IMG/VR virus record: IMGVR_UViG_3300038472_000103
DNA: 24,928 nt
Strand: one strand, 5' to 3'
From: a virus
Part shown: positions 1 to 7,212 of the stretch, piece after piece
How positions within the stretch are numbered: position 1 is the stretch's first letter
Layout: the number at the start of each line of letters is the position of its first letter
The notes under the pieces: generated by a model
Databases searched by the model: none
What the model was told of the DNA's origin: nothing
The model's input: the letters and a program-made list of their open reading frames with translations, nothing else
Made by a program: the position numbers and the translations under genes

Positions 1-72
1 TACCGAAAATAGTGGTTAGATTGTTAACAATAACCGCGAGTGAAAAATTAGATCCCATAAAAAACACCTCTA

Positions 73-1389
73 TTAGGGGATCGTGGTAGTTGAGAAAGTG
101 GGAGCGATTTTTTCATATTTAGCGGCACGAAATCCATGAATTCCACACCAAGCACCCACCCCGGATAGAATCATGCCTAAGCCTAGCAATAGTCCGTTAT
201 GATCCCCAAAAATACCGGCCGCGAAGAGAAGTATCGTTGGGCAAACTCCTACCAAGATAGCGCCCAATTTTCCCCCAGGCACACGAAAAGGTCGAGGCAA
301 ATCTGGTTCTTTCCAACGCAATACCACTAAAGCGATAAACTCCAGAATAAGACTCGTTCCATAAAGTAAAATATCCAGCATCACCAGACGGTCAAAATTC
401 AAACCGAACGCTGTTGCCCAAACTGTCGCCAAGGCAAATAAAGCTATCATGGGAACTGACACTGCATTTATTTTTGTGAATATGCGAGGCAGATAATGAT
501 CTTCAGCCAGCGCTGGGGGAATACGAGAATAGCTCATCATGAGGGAGTTCAACATCCCCGCTGCACTGATCATTCCACCCAGTACAATGGCGTCTCGTAC
601 CCAAGAACCCGCGATGATTTCACCAATAGTCGCCCAACTCCCTGTTGACCAGGCAGACAGGGGTACTCCCAGATACCAAGACGCTGCTACGGGGAGAATA
701 TAGCTTCCAACAATCAACAGCATAGTCACCATCATGGCGATGGGGTAGGTTCGTTGAGGTTTTTTGACTTCTGTGGCTATGGTGCTGGCGTTATCCCAAC
801 CCATGAAGTTCCACATAGCGACCATAATACCGCCCATAAGACTGACGGCGTGAGGATGACCCGTAACATGGGTCAGATGGGCGTGTCGGAGAGCTGCTAG
901 GGTGATAATCACAAAAGGGCTCACCATAAGGGCTCCTAACGCCACAGAGCCGTTTCCTACAGCTTTGGCACCCCGAAGGTTCCACAATACGCAAACAGCG
1001 ATTAGAGCCGTTGCTATAAGCGAGCCGTGCCACCCTGCGGTGAAACTTGGAGCCAATACACCCAGGTAAGAAATAAAAAGTAGCGGGTAGATTCCCATAT
1101 CAAATATGGAAGCCGCTAATGAAAGCCAAGCTTCCTGGAATCCCCAAAATTTTCCAAGGGCACGTTGCACCCAAATATAAAAACCCCCGCGATTCGGTAT
1201 CGCAGAGGCGAGTTCACCAACCATCATAGCGGTTGGCAGTGCCCACAGGAAGGGCACTAAGCAAAGAATGAGTATTCCCCATCCGTAACCAGTTTGAGCA
1301 ATTAGGTCTTCTAGACCGTACGGGCCTCCGCTTACCATAAAATACGTAGCGGCGACTAGACCCAAAAGGGTCATTTCTTTTTTCATCAT
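73..1389 (-). CDS. APC-superfamily amino acid/polyamine permease (about 12 TM, 438 aa)
   Basis: Very hydrophobic protein with multiple TM segments throughout. The N-terminal GGPYGLE-type motif in TM1 is typical of APC transporters. TAA stop at 73-75. Confidence 0.65.
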   Translation of the reverse strand: MMKKEMTLLGLVAATYFMVSGGPYGLEDLIAQTGYGWGILILCLVPFLWALPTAMMVGELASAIPNRGGFYIWVQRALGKFWGFQEAWLSLAASIFDMGIYPLLFISYLGVLAPSFTAGWHGSLIATALIAVCVLWNLRGAKAVGNGSVALGALMVSPFVIITLAALRHAHLTHVTGHPHAVSLMGGIMVAMWNFMGWDNASTIATEVKKPQRTYPIAMMVTMLLIVGSYILPVAASWYLGVPLSAWSTGSWATIGEIIAGSWVRDAIVLGGMISAAGMLNSLMMSYSRIPPALAEDHYLPRIFTKINAVSVPMIALFALATVWATAFGLNFDRLVMLDILLYGTSLILEFIALVVLRWKEPDLPRPFRVPGGKLGAILVGVCPTILLFAAGIFGDHNGLLLGLGMILSGVGAWCGIHGFRAAKYEKIAPTFSTTTIP

Positions 1390-1547
1390 TAGCCTTTGTA
1401 GCGCAGTTGCGCAAATTCTTAATACTGCATATGATGCACTACGTAGAGAAAAAAATCAATAGATTATCGATAATTATTTTCAGGGGAAGGAAAGGTTCTA
1501 TGATAGTGTCGTATTTTGGTGCTGTACTAATACTGTGGTTCCGCACT

Positions 1548-1901
1548 TCACGCCTTATCCCAAGGCAAGTTGATTGGTTCCCACTGATCCTTCTCAACGA
1601 AGCGACTCTTAACATAAATCTTAAGAGTCTGGATCTTAAGAGGTTGATCGAGACAGGGCTCGGTTCTCGAACATACTTCGATGGTGTACTTAACGTTGAT
1701 GTTGTCACCACCAAAGCGACTCTTGCCCGCTTTGAACGGAAAACGGATTGATAACTTCTTTTTGTACTGCGGAGTCAGCGCCGCGTAGTGTTTGACAATC
1801 AATTCTTTGAACTCGTAAGCGAGCGCCTGAACCTCGGCTGGAAGTACGCGCAATTCCTGTTCGAGCGATTCGAGCACCTTGTAGTAATCGTATTTGGGCA
1901 T
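1548..1901 (-). CDS. hypothetical protein (117 aa)
   Basis: ATG with GGAG about 10 nt upstream. Nothing plausible on the opposite strand. No recognisable motif. Confidence 0.5.
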   Translation of the reverse strand: MPKYDYYKVLESLEQELRVLPAEVQALAYEFKELIVKHYAALTPQYKKKLSIRFPFKAGKSRFGGDNINVKYTIEVCSRTEPCLDQPLKIQTLKIYVKSRFVEKDQWEPINLPWDKA

Positions 1902-1987
1902 TAAAACATCTCCGGTTGGTCTGACGAGGTTTCGGTTACCTATTTTTACTTTAAGAGGTTTTAAGGGAATTTGTCAAGTAGAATATT

Positions 1988-2063
1988 TGGTGGGTGCATT
2001 CGGACTCGAACCGAAATCGGCCGATTTAAAAGATCGGGGTCTTAGCCATTAGACGATACACCC
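1988..2063 (-). tRNA. tRNA-Lys (anticodon UUU), CCA encoded
   Basis: Reverse complement is GGGTGTA..TGCACCCACCA. Folds as a cloverleaf with 7-bp acceptor, T-arm TTCGG/TTCGAGT/CCGAA and anticodon loop CTTTTAA. Confidence 0.8.
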
Positions 2064-2069
2064 AAAGTT

Positions 2070-2145
2070 TGGTACCCCCGGCCGGGAACGATCCAGCGAC
2101 CCTCCGCTTAAAAGGCGGTGGCTCTACCAACTGAGCTACGGGGGC
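2070..2145 (-). tRNA. tRNA with anticodon UUU (Lys-like), CCA encoded
   Basis: Acceptor is GCCCCCG/CGGGGGT. D-arm GCTCAGTTGGTAGAGC. Anticodon loop CTTTTAA. T-stem GCTGG/CCGGC with an unusual T-loop ATCGTTC. There is a mismatch at positions 27-43. Confidence 0.65.
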
Positions 2146-2156
2146 ATTAAAATTTT

Positions 2157-2231
2157 TGGTACCTCCACCAGGACTTGAACCCGGATCCACGGCTTAGAAG
2201 GCCGGTGCCCTTCCAGTTGGACGATAGAGGC
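2157..2231 (-). tRNA. tRNA-Arg (anticodon UCU), CCA encoded
   Basis: Acceptor GCCTCTA/TGGAGGT. Anticodon stem CCGGC/GCCG(T). Loop CTTCTAA. T-arm CCGGG/TTCAAGT/CCTGG. Confidence 0.75.
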
Positions 2232-2468
2232 ATTTAGAGATTTTTGAACGCGGAAATTTAGCGTTTAGGTCTGAGGTGAAGCGTGGTGAGCGTGTTGTTA
2301 AGAATTACCATCATATTGATACTCCCACGCCTAAAGGCGGGAGATTCTAGGCGGCTAACGCCGCCCTTAACTGTTTCAACCAGCGCTGCTGGCTTTCGCC
2401 AGACTTACACACTGTCCGCAGTCGTTTAACGACTCCATGTATCCCAAGGCGTCGAGAATTCTTAATTC

Positions 2469-2699
2469 TTATTTCCCGAATGCAACATCCAGCATTGATT
2501 TAGCCAGCTTGGTTTTCGCAAGACCTTCAATGCTTGTAGCCTTCAATAAATACTCTCGTAGTTTATAATCTTCTTGATTATCTATCTTTTGATCATCAAG
2601 TTCCAGTGTATCAGGAAGTGTTATATCTGTCAACTGCAAAAGCAGCTCATCAAATACATGATCCAAATCCACATCGAATATGCTGCATTTGATGTACAT
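2469..2699 (-). CDS. hypothetical acidic small protein (76 aa)
   Basis: ORF with a D/E-rich C-terminal half. Lies between tRNA genes. No motif recognised. Confidence 0.4.
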   Translation of the reverse strand: MYIKCSIFDVDLDHVFDELLLQLTDITLPDTLELDDQKIDNQEDYKLREYLLKATSIEGLAKTKLAKSMLDVAFGK

Positions 2700-2706
2700 A
2701 AAAACC

Positions 2707-2783
2707 TGGTATCCTCGGTGGGACTCGAACCCACATTGCTCCTTTACGGTTACTCGTTTAGGAAACGAGGCCGGTACGAGGAT
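2707..2783 (-). tRNA. atypical tRNA-like gene (anticodon-like loop UUCCUAA = CCU, Arg-like); no canonical D arm
   Basis: Canonical acceptor (ATCCTCG/CGAGGAT), T-arm GTGGG/TTCGAGT/CCCAC and encoded ACCA. Internally a 5-bp stem CTCGT/ACGAG with loop TTCCTAA sits only 7 nt after the acceptor. It is followed by an 18-nt unpaired stretch. No standard D stem could be drawn. Confidence 0.45.
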
Positions 2784-2956
2784 GTCTAAACTTCCAAAAT
2801 TTCAATCCTGATCCGCCATTGCAGCAATTATTTCCGCATGTACGCATACAACCATCCAGCATTTGCATTGTGTACACCATTTCCAATAATGCGGAAAAAC
2901 TATAAGTGGCGGTTTTCTTTTGATGCACTTAAAACCTGGTATCCTCTACTCTAGTG

Positions 2957-3115
2957 TCATACTATCATACTTTTAATGGGTTGTTGTTTGCGCCCACGTT
3001 GGCAACCACATTTCAAGCAAGCAATAATCAAATTTACAGGCGGTTCGTTCTCGTCCTTCTGAACAGATTTCCAGTAGGTCGAATCACAAATCGGGCAATG
3101 TTTATCGAACATCAT
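2957..3115 (-). CDS. small zinc-ribbon protein (52 aa; CPIC...CLKCGC)
   Basis: Translated by hand as MMFDKHCPICDSTYWKSVQKDENEPPVNLIIACLKCGCQRGRKQQPIKSMIV. Two CxxC pairs. Below the 60-aa cutoff of the ORF track. Confidence 0.4.
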   Translation of the reverse strand: MMFDKHCPICDSTYWKSVQKDENEPPVNLIIACLKCGCQRGRKQQPIKSMIV

Positions 3116-3223
3116 ATCGGGTACTTCGGTTGAACTAGTCCATAAATTGGTAGTCCCTACCCTTTAAGCTGGGTCAGCACATCCGGGACCAGATGTGACA
3201 CGTAAAGGATCGTGTCAAAGCTT

Positions 3224-3769
3224 CTACGCTTCTAGTTCCACATTCCAATATAGCCAGGTTTCCCACTCTTTCCATTCTGGCCGTAGCTTGTTAATGTGAA
3301 GCTTGAAGTTGTACTTCGGATCGTCCTTCTTCGGCTCCACGGGCTGCTTAAGTAAGTGCATGCCAGCTTCCTTAGGTGTCTGACCGGCCTTACGCTTGTT
3401 GCAGCGCACACAGGCGAGCACCAAATTGGTCCATGAAGATACACCACCTTGAGAACGAGGCATTACGTGGTCAAGAGTATATTCCTGAGTCTTCAATACC
3501 CTACCGCAGTACTGACACCCGCTATTATCCCTAACCGCGATGTTGCGTCTGGAGAAAGGAACGGACAAACGCTTCCTACGAACCCAAGCGTTTTTGACAA
3601 CAATAACCCTTGGCATCTTCCATTCCAGAGAAGGAGACCGTAAAATGCGCCCACCCTCGTCTTCTTTGATAACTTGAGCACGCCCTTCATATATCAATTT
3701 CACAGCGTTCTGCCAGTTACAAAAAGACTGTGGTTGCCAGTTTTGGTCAAGAATTAAAGTGTCTGCCAT
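3224..3769 (-). CDS. HNH homing-type endonuclease (181 aa)
   Basis: HNH motif LDHVMPRSQGG...N...CVRCNKRK. Located inside the tRNA array, as is typical of phage HNH elements. Confidence 0.8.
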   Translation of the reverse strand: MADTLILDQNWQPQSFCNWQNAVKLIYEGRAQVIKEDEGGRILRSPSLEWKMPRVIVVKNAWVRRKRLSVPFSRRNIAVRDNSGCQYCGRVLKTQEYTLDHVMPRSQGGVSSWTNLVLACVRCNKRKAGQTPKEAGMHLLKQPVEPKKDDPKYNFKLHINKLRPEWKEWETWLYWNVELEA

Positions 3770-3838
3770 AATTTACCTTCCTTTCTAAGGAGTCTAAAAG
3801 CCTAAAACATTTTGCATTCTGCTCATACCCCCTAATAC

Positions 3839-4654
3839 TTACTTTCTCTCCAAAGCCTTTCGTTCCCGTCTGCTGAAAGCTTTAGGATTCGGAGGGTCAT
3901 TTTTCAATCCTGCTTTTTTCAGTTCTTTCCGGTTAAGCTGGCGTTTCGTGCTGATGTGCTCAGTCCATTTGATTAAGTAAAAAACCAAGGGCTCGCCTTC
4001 CTCGTTGACTTCGCCATCGATCTTGATGGCGTCATTGACCCGGAAATAGCCCGGACGAATCAGCGTCTTGCCCTCGTGCTTGATAGCGTAGTTCTCGCAG
4101 TAGTACCAGATGCCGTCGAACTTCTCGTAACGCCCGATGTCCGAAAGTCGAATCTCGGTGACGGGCTTTTCTTTCCTGGTGCGATTGCTGCGCCGCCATT
4201 CGCGCCATCCGCTGTACCCACTGTCGCACAAAATCCCGGTATATGGGTGGATATAATAATTATAGGGCTCAGTCAAATAGCCGCCACCACCGGCCCATTC
4301 TCGTACCTTTCCGTCAATGCACATCACAGTATTTTTGGCTACGAATTGCCAAAGATGAGTGAATACATGTAATCCAGTTACACTACGACGATCAAGGTTT
4401 TGACAAATTTCACTGTAGACATCATCCCAATGGCGTCCCACGCTTTTGTGGAGATAACCCTTTAATGGGTTGAGTACATCGCTAAGGTTTTTCCCGCAGT
4501 CATCTTGCCGATGTCGGGACATCGAAGCACGATATGGTTGATCATCGTAGTCCGAATCAGGGTTATATTTGAACCGCTTACCCCACTTCTGAGATCGGTT
4601 TTTTGAACCGTACCTCTCAGCTTCAGTGAGGAGTTTGGCCATGTCTGGGCGCAT
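3839..4654 (-). CDS. hypothetical protein (271 aa)
   Basis: Long ORF with GGAG upstream of the ATG. Basic C-terminus. No motif recognised. Confidence 0.55.
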   Translation of the reverse strand: MRPDMAKLLTEAERYGSKNRSQKWGKRFKYNPDSDYDDQPYRASMSRHRQDDCGKNLSDVLNPLKGYLHKSVGRHWDDVYSEICQNLDRRSVTGLHVFTHLWQFVAKNTVMCIDGKVREWAGGGGYLTEPYNYYIHPYTGILCDSGYSGWREWRRSNRTRKEKPVTEIRLSDIGRYEKFDGIWYYCENYAIKHEGKTLIRPGYFRVNDAIKIDGEVNEEGEPLVFYLIKWTEHISTKRQLNRKELKKAGLKNDPPNPKAFSRRERKALERK

Positions 4655-4741
4655 AGTTCTACCGCTCCTTTGCAGTATCTTAATGAGTATGCATATTTTG
4701 TACCTCCTGTTTTAAATTCATGTAGTTCATTTTACTTCTCC

Positions 4742-4817
4742 TTTTTAAATTTGGTGGGGAATCCCAGAGTTGAACTGGATTCTTTCCGTCTTCAGCGGAA
4801 CGCTATAACCCTACTAG
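4742..4817 (-). tRNA. tRNA-Phe (anticodon GAA), CCA encoded
   Basis: Acceptor GGGGAAT/ATTCCCC. D-stem GCTA/TAGC. Anticodon stem TTCCG/CGGAA. Loop CTGAAGA. Confidence 0.8.
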
Positions 4818-5012
4818 CTCATTCCCCAATATGAATTCTAACTAATTCTTGTTGTTTACCGTTAATCATCCAATACTCTAATGGATGCTCTGTCGCTGGC
4901 TTCCCGCACAAAGCACAATCAGTTCCTGTGTATGTCTGATGCAAAGTGTAGAGATGATTTGGGTCAATCATAATAATACACGCTTACTGGCTTATAATCA
5001 ATTCCTAAATCT

Positions 5013-5088
5013 TGGTGCGCTGGGTGGGCAACGATCCCACAGCCTATCGATTAAGAGTCGAGTGCTCCGCCAATTGAGCTACCAACGC
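5013..5088 (-). tRNA. tRNA-Lys (anticodon CUU), CCA encoded
   Basis: Acceptor GCGTTGG/CCAGCGC. D-arm GCTCAATTGGCGGAGC. Loop CTCTTAA. T-loop ATCGTTG (non-standard). Confidence 0.65.
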
Positions 5089-5168
5089 AAACTTTCTAAA
5101 ACCGGTGGGATTGAAGGATTTCACGAAACGGTCCACTGATCAAGTGTCTATCTTCTCCCAAGAAGCCT

Positions 5169-5239
5169 TCCTCACGGTGGGGATCGAACCCACATCAGCG
5201 CCGTTAATGGCGCTGCTCTACCAATTGAGCTACGTGTAT
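5169..5239 (-). pseudogene. degenerate tRNA (71 nt)
   Basis: Perfect D-arm (GCTCAATTGGTAGAGC) and T-arm (GTGGG/TTCGATC/CCCAC). Acceptor pairs at only 4-5 positions. The anticodon hairpin AGCGCC/GGCGCT encloses ATTAAC, which is 6 nt rather than 7. No CCA. Confidence 0.45.
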
Positions 5240-5340
5240 CATGACTTCAAACTTCAAAACTTATTGAGCGAGTCGCTTTGGTCGTTGCCCTCCATGAACA
5301 AAGTTGCCTTCCACGTAACTCGCTCAAAGTAAATTAGATC

Positions 5341-5375
5341 AGGTGCTCTACTACTGAGCTACACCCGTCATCTGC
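5341..5375 (-). pseudogene. tRNA 5' fragment (acceptor strand + D arm only)
   Basis: GGGTGTAGCTCAGTAGTAGAGCACCTGA. It matches the 5' third of the neighbouring tRNAs, but no partner anticodon or T arm follows. Confidence 0.35.
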
Positions 5376-5443
5376 CTGTAGCCCGAAGGCGTACAGTATA
5401 CGGGAAGATCGGGTACGAGACCGCCGACCTCCTGACCCAAATT

Positions 5444-5518
5444 TGGCTCCTGCGGATGGATTCGAACCACCGACCAAACGGTTAACAGCCGTTCGCTCTG
5501 CCCCTGAGCTACGCAGGA
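5444..5518 (-). tRNA. tRNA-Asn (anticodon GUU), CCA encoded
   Basis: Acceptor TCCTGCG/CGCAGGA. Anticodon stem AACGG/CCGTT. Loop CTGTTAA. T-arm GGTGG/TTCGAAT/CCATC. Confidence 0.8.
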
Positions 5519-5539
5519 ATAATCGTTAAATATCATTTT

Positions 5540-5628
5540 TGGCTGGGACGGCATGATTTGAACATGCAGTGACCAAATTGGTCGCTGGGGTCAGAACCCA
5601 GTGGGGTTGCCGGTTTTCCTACGTCCCA
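5540..5628 (-). tRNA. type-II (long variable arm) tRNA with apparent anticodon CUG and discriminator G73
   Basis: 89 nt. Acceptor TGGGACG/CGTCCCA followed by G and CCA. T-arm GCATG/TTCAAAT/CATGC. Variable arm GACCA-ATT-TGGTC. Only one anticodon hairpin can be drawn: CTGGG/CCCAG with loop TTCTGAC. Confidence 0.5.
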
Positions 5629-5736
5629 ATAAAAATTTTTAGCGCTGCTACTCCCGGCTTCAACCCCGAAGAGTGTTTACCGATGAACTAGCTAAGGGAG
5701 TTGAAGACCCACCTGTTCTACCGGAGCGCTAAAATT

Positions 5737-5823
5737 TGGCTGTGGAGGAGGGTCTCGAACCCCCAGAGTCTTACGACACTGCATTAACAGTGCAGCCCGC
5801 TGCCAATTACGGTTTACTCCACA
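5737..5823 (-). tRNA. type-II tRNA with apparent anticodon GUU and discriminator G73
   Basis: 87 nt. Acceptor TGTGGAG/CTCCACA followed by G and CCA. 3-bp D stem CCG/CGG with a 10-nt loop. Anticodon hairpin CTGCA/TGCAG with loop CTGTTAA. Short variable hairpin GTC-GTAA-GAC. Confidence 0.5.
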
Positions 5824-5827
5824 AAAA

Positions 5828-6097
5828 TCAAATCTCTTCTACTACATGTCCTCTATCTTCGGGACACAGACGAGTGTTAATTACCATTTCTCCTGTAGGA
5901 ACAAGTTCTCCCCTTACTTCCATTGAAGTTTGGTAAGAAACTAAAGATAAATCTTTACCAAATGTCACCTTCCCACAATCGGTACAACGATACTGTTTAT
6001 CTTCGTCTATACCAGACCTATCTTCGACCATTTGTCCTCGAAAATTAATCTTCATAAACTTGGTGCCCCCAGTAAGGTACGATCTTACACTAATCAT
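5828..6097 (-). CDS. hypothetical Cys-containing small protein (89 aa or shorter)
   Basis: ORF containing CTDCGK...CPEDRG. The start codon is uncertain and no strong SD is present. Confidence 0.35.
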   Translation of the reverse strand: MISVRSYLTGGTKFMKINFRGQMVEDRSGIDEDKQYRCTDCGKVTFGKDLSLVSYQTSMEVRGELVPTGEMVINTRLCPEDRGHVVEEI

Positions 6098-6257
6098 CGT
6101 TCGAAGCGATGTTGACTATCCAGTTGCCGATGGAGGCGTGTTAAACTTTTCCAAAAATTCAAGCCAGTACCAATTGCGTTGGGACGCCGTTCTTTTCCGA
6201 TGACAATTGGCACAGCACTACTTAATACGAAAGTCAAACAAAGTTCGTAGTTAAACT

Positions 6258-6334
6258 TGGTAGTCCCAGTAGGATTCGAACCTACACTGATCCGCGTTCG
6301 TAACGCAGTTGACTCTCCAGTTGCCGATGGAACC
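6258..6334 (-). tRNA. tRNA-Arg (anticodon ACG), CCA encoded
   Basis: Acceptor GGTTCCA/TGGGACT with two G-U pairs. Anticodon stem CTGCG/CGCGG. Loop TTACGAA. T-arm GTAGG/TTCGAAT/CCTAC. The D stem is weak. Confidence 0.65.
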
Positions 6335-6339
6335 AAATC

Positions 6340-6415
6340 TGGTGCTCGTGAACGGACTCGAACCGTAAAATCAGCCTTCGCAGGGCTGCGCTTTATCCAG
6401 TTAAGCTACACGAGC
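6340..6415 (-). tRNA. tRNA-Arg (anticodon GCG), CCA encoded
   Basis: Acceptor GCTCGTG/CACGAGC. D-stem GCTT/AAGC. Anticodon stem CAGCC/GGCTG (perfect). Loop CTGCGAA. Confidence 0.65.
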
Positions 6416-6466
6416 GAAATCTAAAATCTGGTGACCCTGTGCTTGTCTACAATCTCTCCCCGTAAC

Positions 6467-6544
6467 TTGGTAGCTCCAGTGGGACTCGAACCCACACTTA
6501 AACCTCCTTCGGAGGGAGGATGACTATCCAATTGCCGATAGAGC
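6467..6544 (-). tRNA. tRNA-Arg (anticodon CCG), CCA encoded
   Basis: Acceptor AGCTCTA/TGGAGCT. Anticodon stem CCTCC/GGAGG. Loop CTCCGAA at canonical positions 32-38. T-arm GTGGG/TTCGAGT/CCCAC. Confidence 0.7.
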
Positions 6545-6712
6545 TGCTTTCAAAAACTTTAAAATCGACTCGCGTACTGCTTGATGCGGGAGGTTCATAC
6601 CTGATCTCCAACGCCTTATCGTCGGCTGACTAACACTCACAGCGTTAGCCAATTCACTGATGGTGAGTTTTGAAGCTCGGATACAGGCTATAAATTCTTC
6701 ATCAGTTATCAT
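6524..6712 (-). CDS. small helix-turn-helix DNA-binding protein (62 aa), paralog 1
   Basis: Sequence ISELANAVSVSQPTIRRW is a typical HTH. About 45% identical to the adjacent ORF. The 3' end overlaps a tRNA 5' end by about 20 nt. Confidence 0.6.
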   Translation of the reverse strand: MITDEEFIACIRASKLTISELANAVSVSQPTIRRWRSGMNLPHQAVRESILKFLKAALSAIG

Positions 6713-6890
6713 TTTGCACCGTAGGCACCAAACTCTTTAAAATCGATTCTCGTACTGCGTTGTACGGTAGATTTTCTCCTACCATCCAACGCGCGATCGT
6801 GTTGTTACTCACCGAAAATTTTTCTGCGATATCGGGCACCTTCATATTCAGTCCCTTTAAAGCATCCATAAATTCTTCATCACTTACCAT
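6702..6890 (-). CDS. small helix-turn-helix DNA-binding protein (63 aa from ATG at 6890), paralog 2
   Basis: MVSDEEFMDAL...SVSNNTIARWM...NAVRESILK. The true ATG is 3 codons inside the TTG-initiated track ORF. Confidence 0.6.
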   Translation of the reverse strand: MVSDEEFMDALKGLNMKVPDIAEKFSVSNNTIARWMVGENLPYNAVRESILKSLVPTVQNDN

Positions 6891-7000
6891 TATACCCAAC
6901 GATGGGGGCTTGATGTGCGCAATTAGACTCAGCTACGAAGTAGCGAATCGTATTGTCTCCGTCGCACGCTGGGCAAGCCCCCATATCTCCGTGTTAATCT

Positions 7001-7081
7001 TGGGGTGGTGTGCGGGGGTCGAACCCGCCAGAAGACAGTTTCACAGACTGCTGTAACATCCCCAGAGTTACCAACACCACC
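7001..7081 (-). tRNA. tRNA-His (anticodon GUG) with G-1, CCA encoded
   Basis: 8-bp acceptor: an extra 5' G (G-1) pairs with C73, the His-tRNA hallmark. Anticodon stem GCAGT/ACTGT. Loop CTGTGAA. T-arm GCGGG/TTCGACC/CCCGC. Confidence 0.8.
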
Positions 7082-7109
7082 AGATATCATTTACTTCTAC
7101 ATCTAAAGG

Positions 7110-7183
7110 CAGGGGTGACAGGATTCGAACCTGCTTAACTCCGTTTTGGAGACGGATGCCCTTCCCATCGGGTCATCACCCCT
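7110..7183 (-). tRNA. tRNA-Trp (anticodon CCA); 3' CCA not encoded (CCT)
   Basis: Acceptor AGGGGTG/CACCCCT. Anticodon stem TCCGT/ACGGA. Loop CTCCAAA. T-arm GCAGG/TTCGAAT/CCTGT. Confidence 0.75.
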
Positions 7184-7212
7184 AAAAAGTAAAAGCCCAC
7201 TTTTCAGTGGGC
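7184..7212 (-). terminator. intrinsic terminator (minus strand)
   Basis: Hairpin GCCCACT-GAAA-AGTGGGC followed on the minus strand by TTTTACTTTTT. Confidence 0.65.

Noticed and set aside
1965-1980. Third copy of the repeat promoter (GGAATTTGTCAAG resembles GGAAAATTTGTCAAG)
   Set aside because: Only the -35 portion recurs. The best -10 at 17-18 nt spacing (TTAAAG or TAAAGT) is poor, and the rest of the 145-bp unit is absent. At most this is a weak promoter for the 117-aa ORF.
2070-2145. Doubt that two adjacent genes both carry anticodon UUU
   Set aside because: Re-derived the reverse complement twice. Both loops read CTTTTAA between 5-bp stems. Retained as called but with reduced confidence. 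Software confirmation is needed.
4823-4971. 49-aa minus-strand ORF (MIDPNHLYTLHQTYTGTDCALCGK...)
   Set aside because: Its 3' end overlaps the tRNA-Phe 5' end. No SD. Too little support.
5169-5375. Pseudo-tRNA plus 5' fragment as one intron-split tRNA
   Set aside because: The downstream piece has its own complete D arm, so the two cannot be halves of one cloverleaf. The acceptor strands are not complementary.
6094-6336. 80-aa minus-strand ORF MVPSATGES...
   Set aside because: It is the in-frame translation of tRNA-Arg(ACG) (GSNPTGTT equals the T-arm). Not a protein gene.
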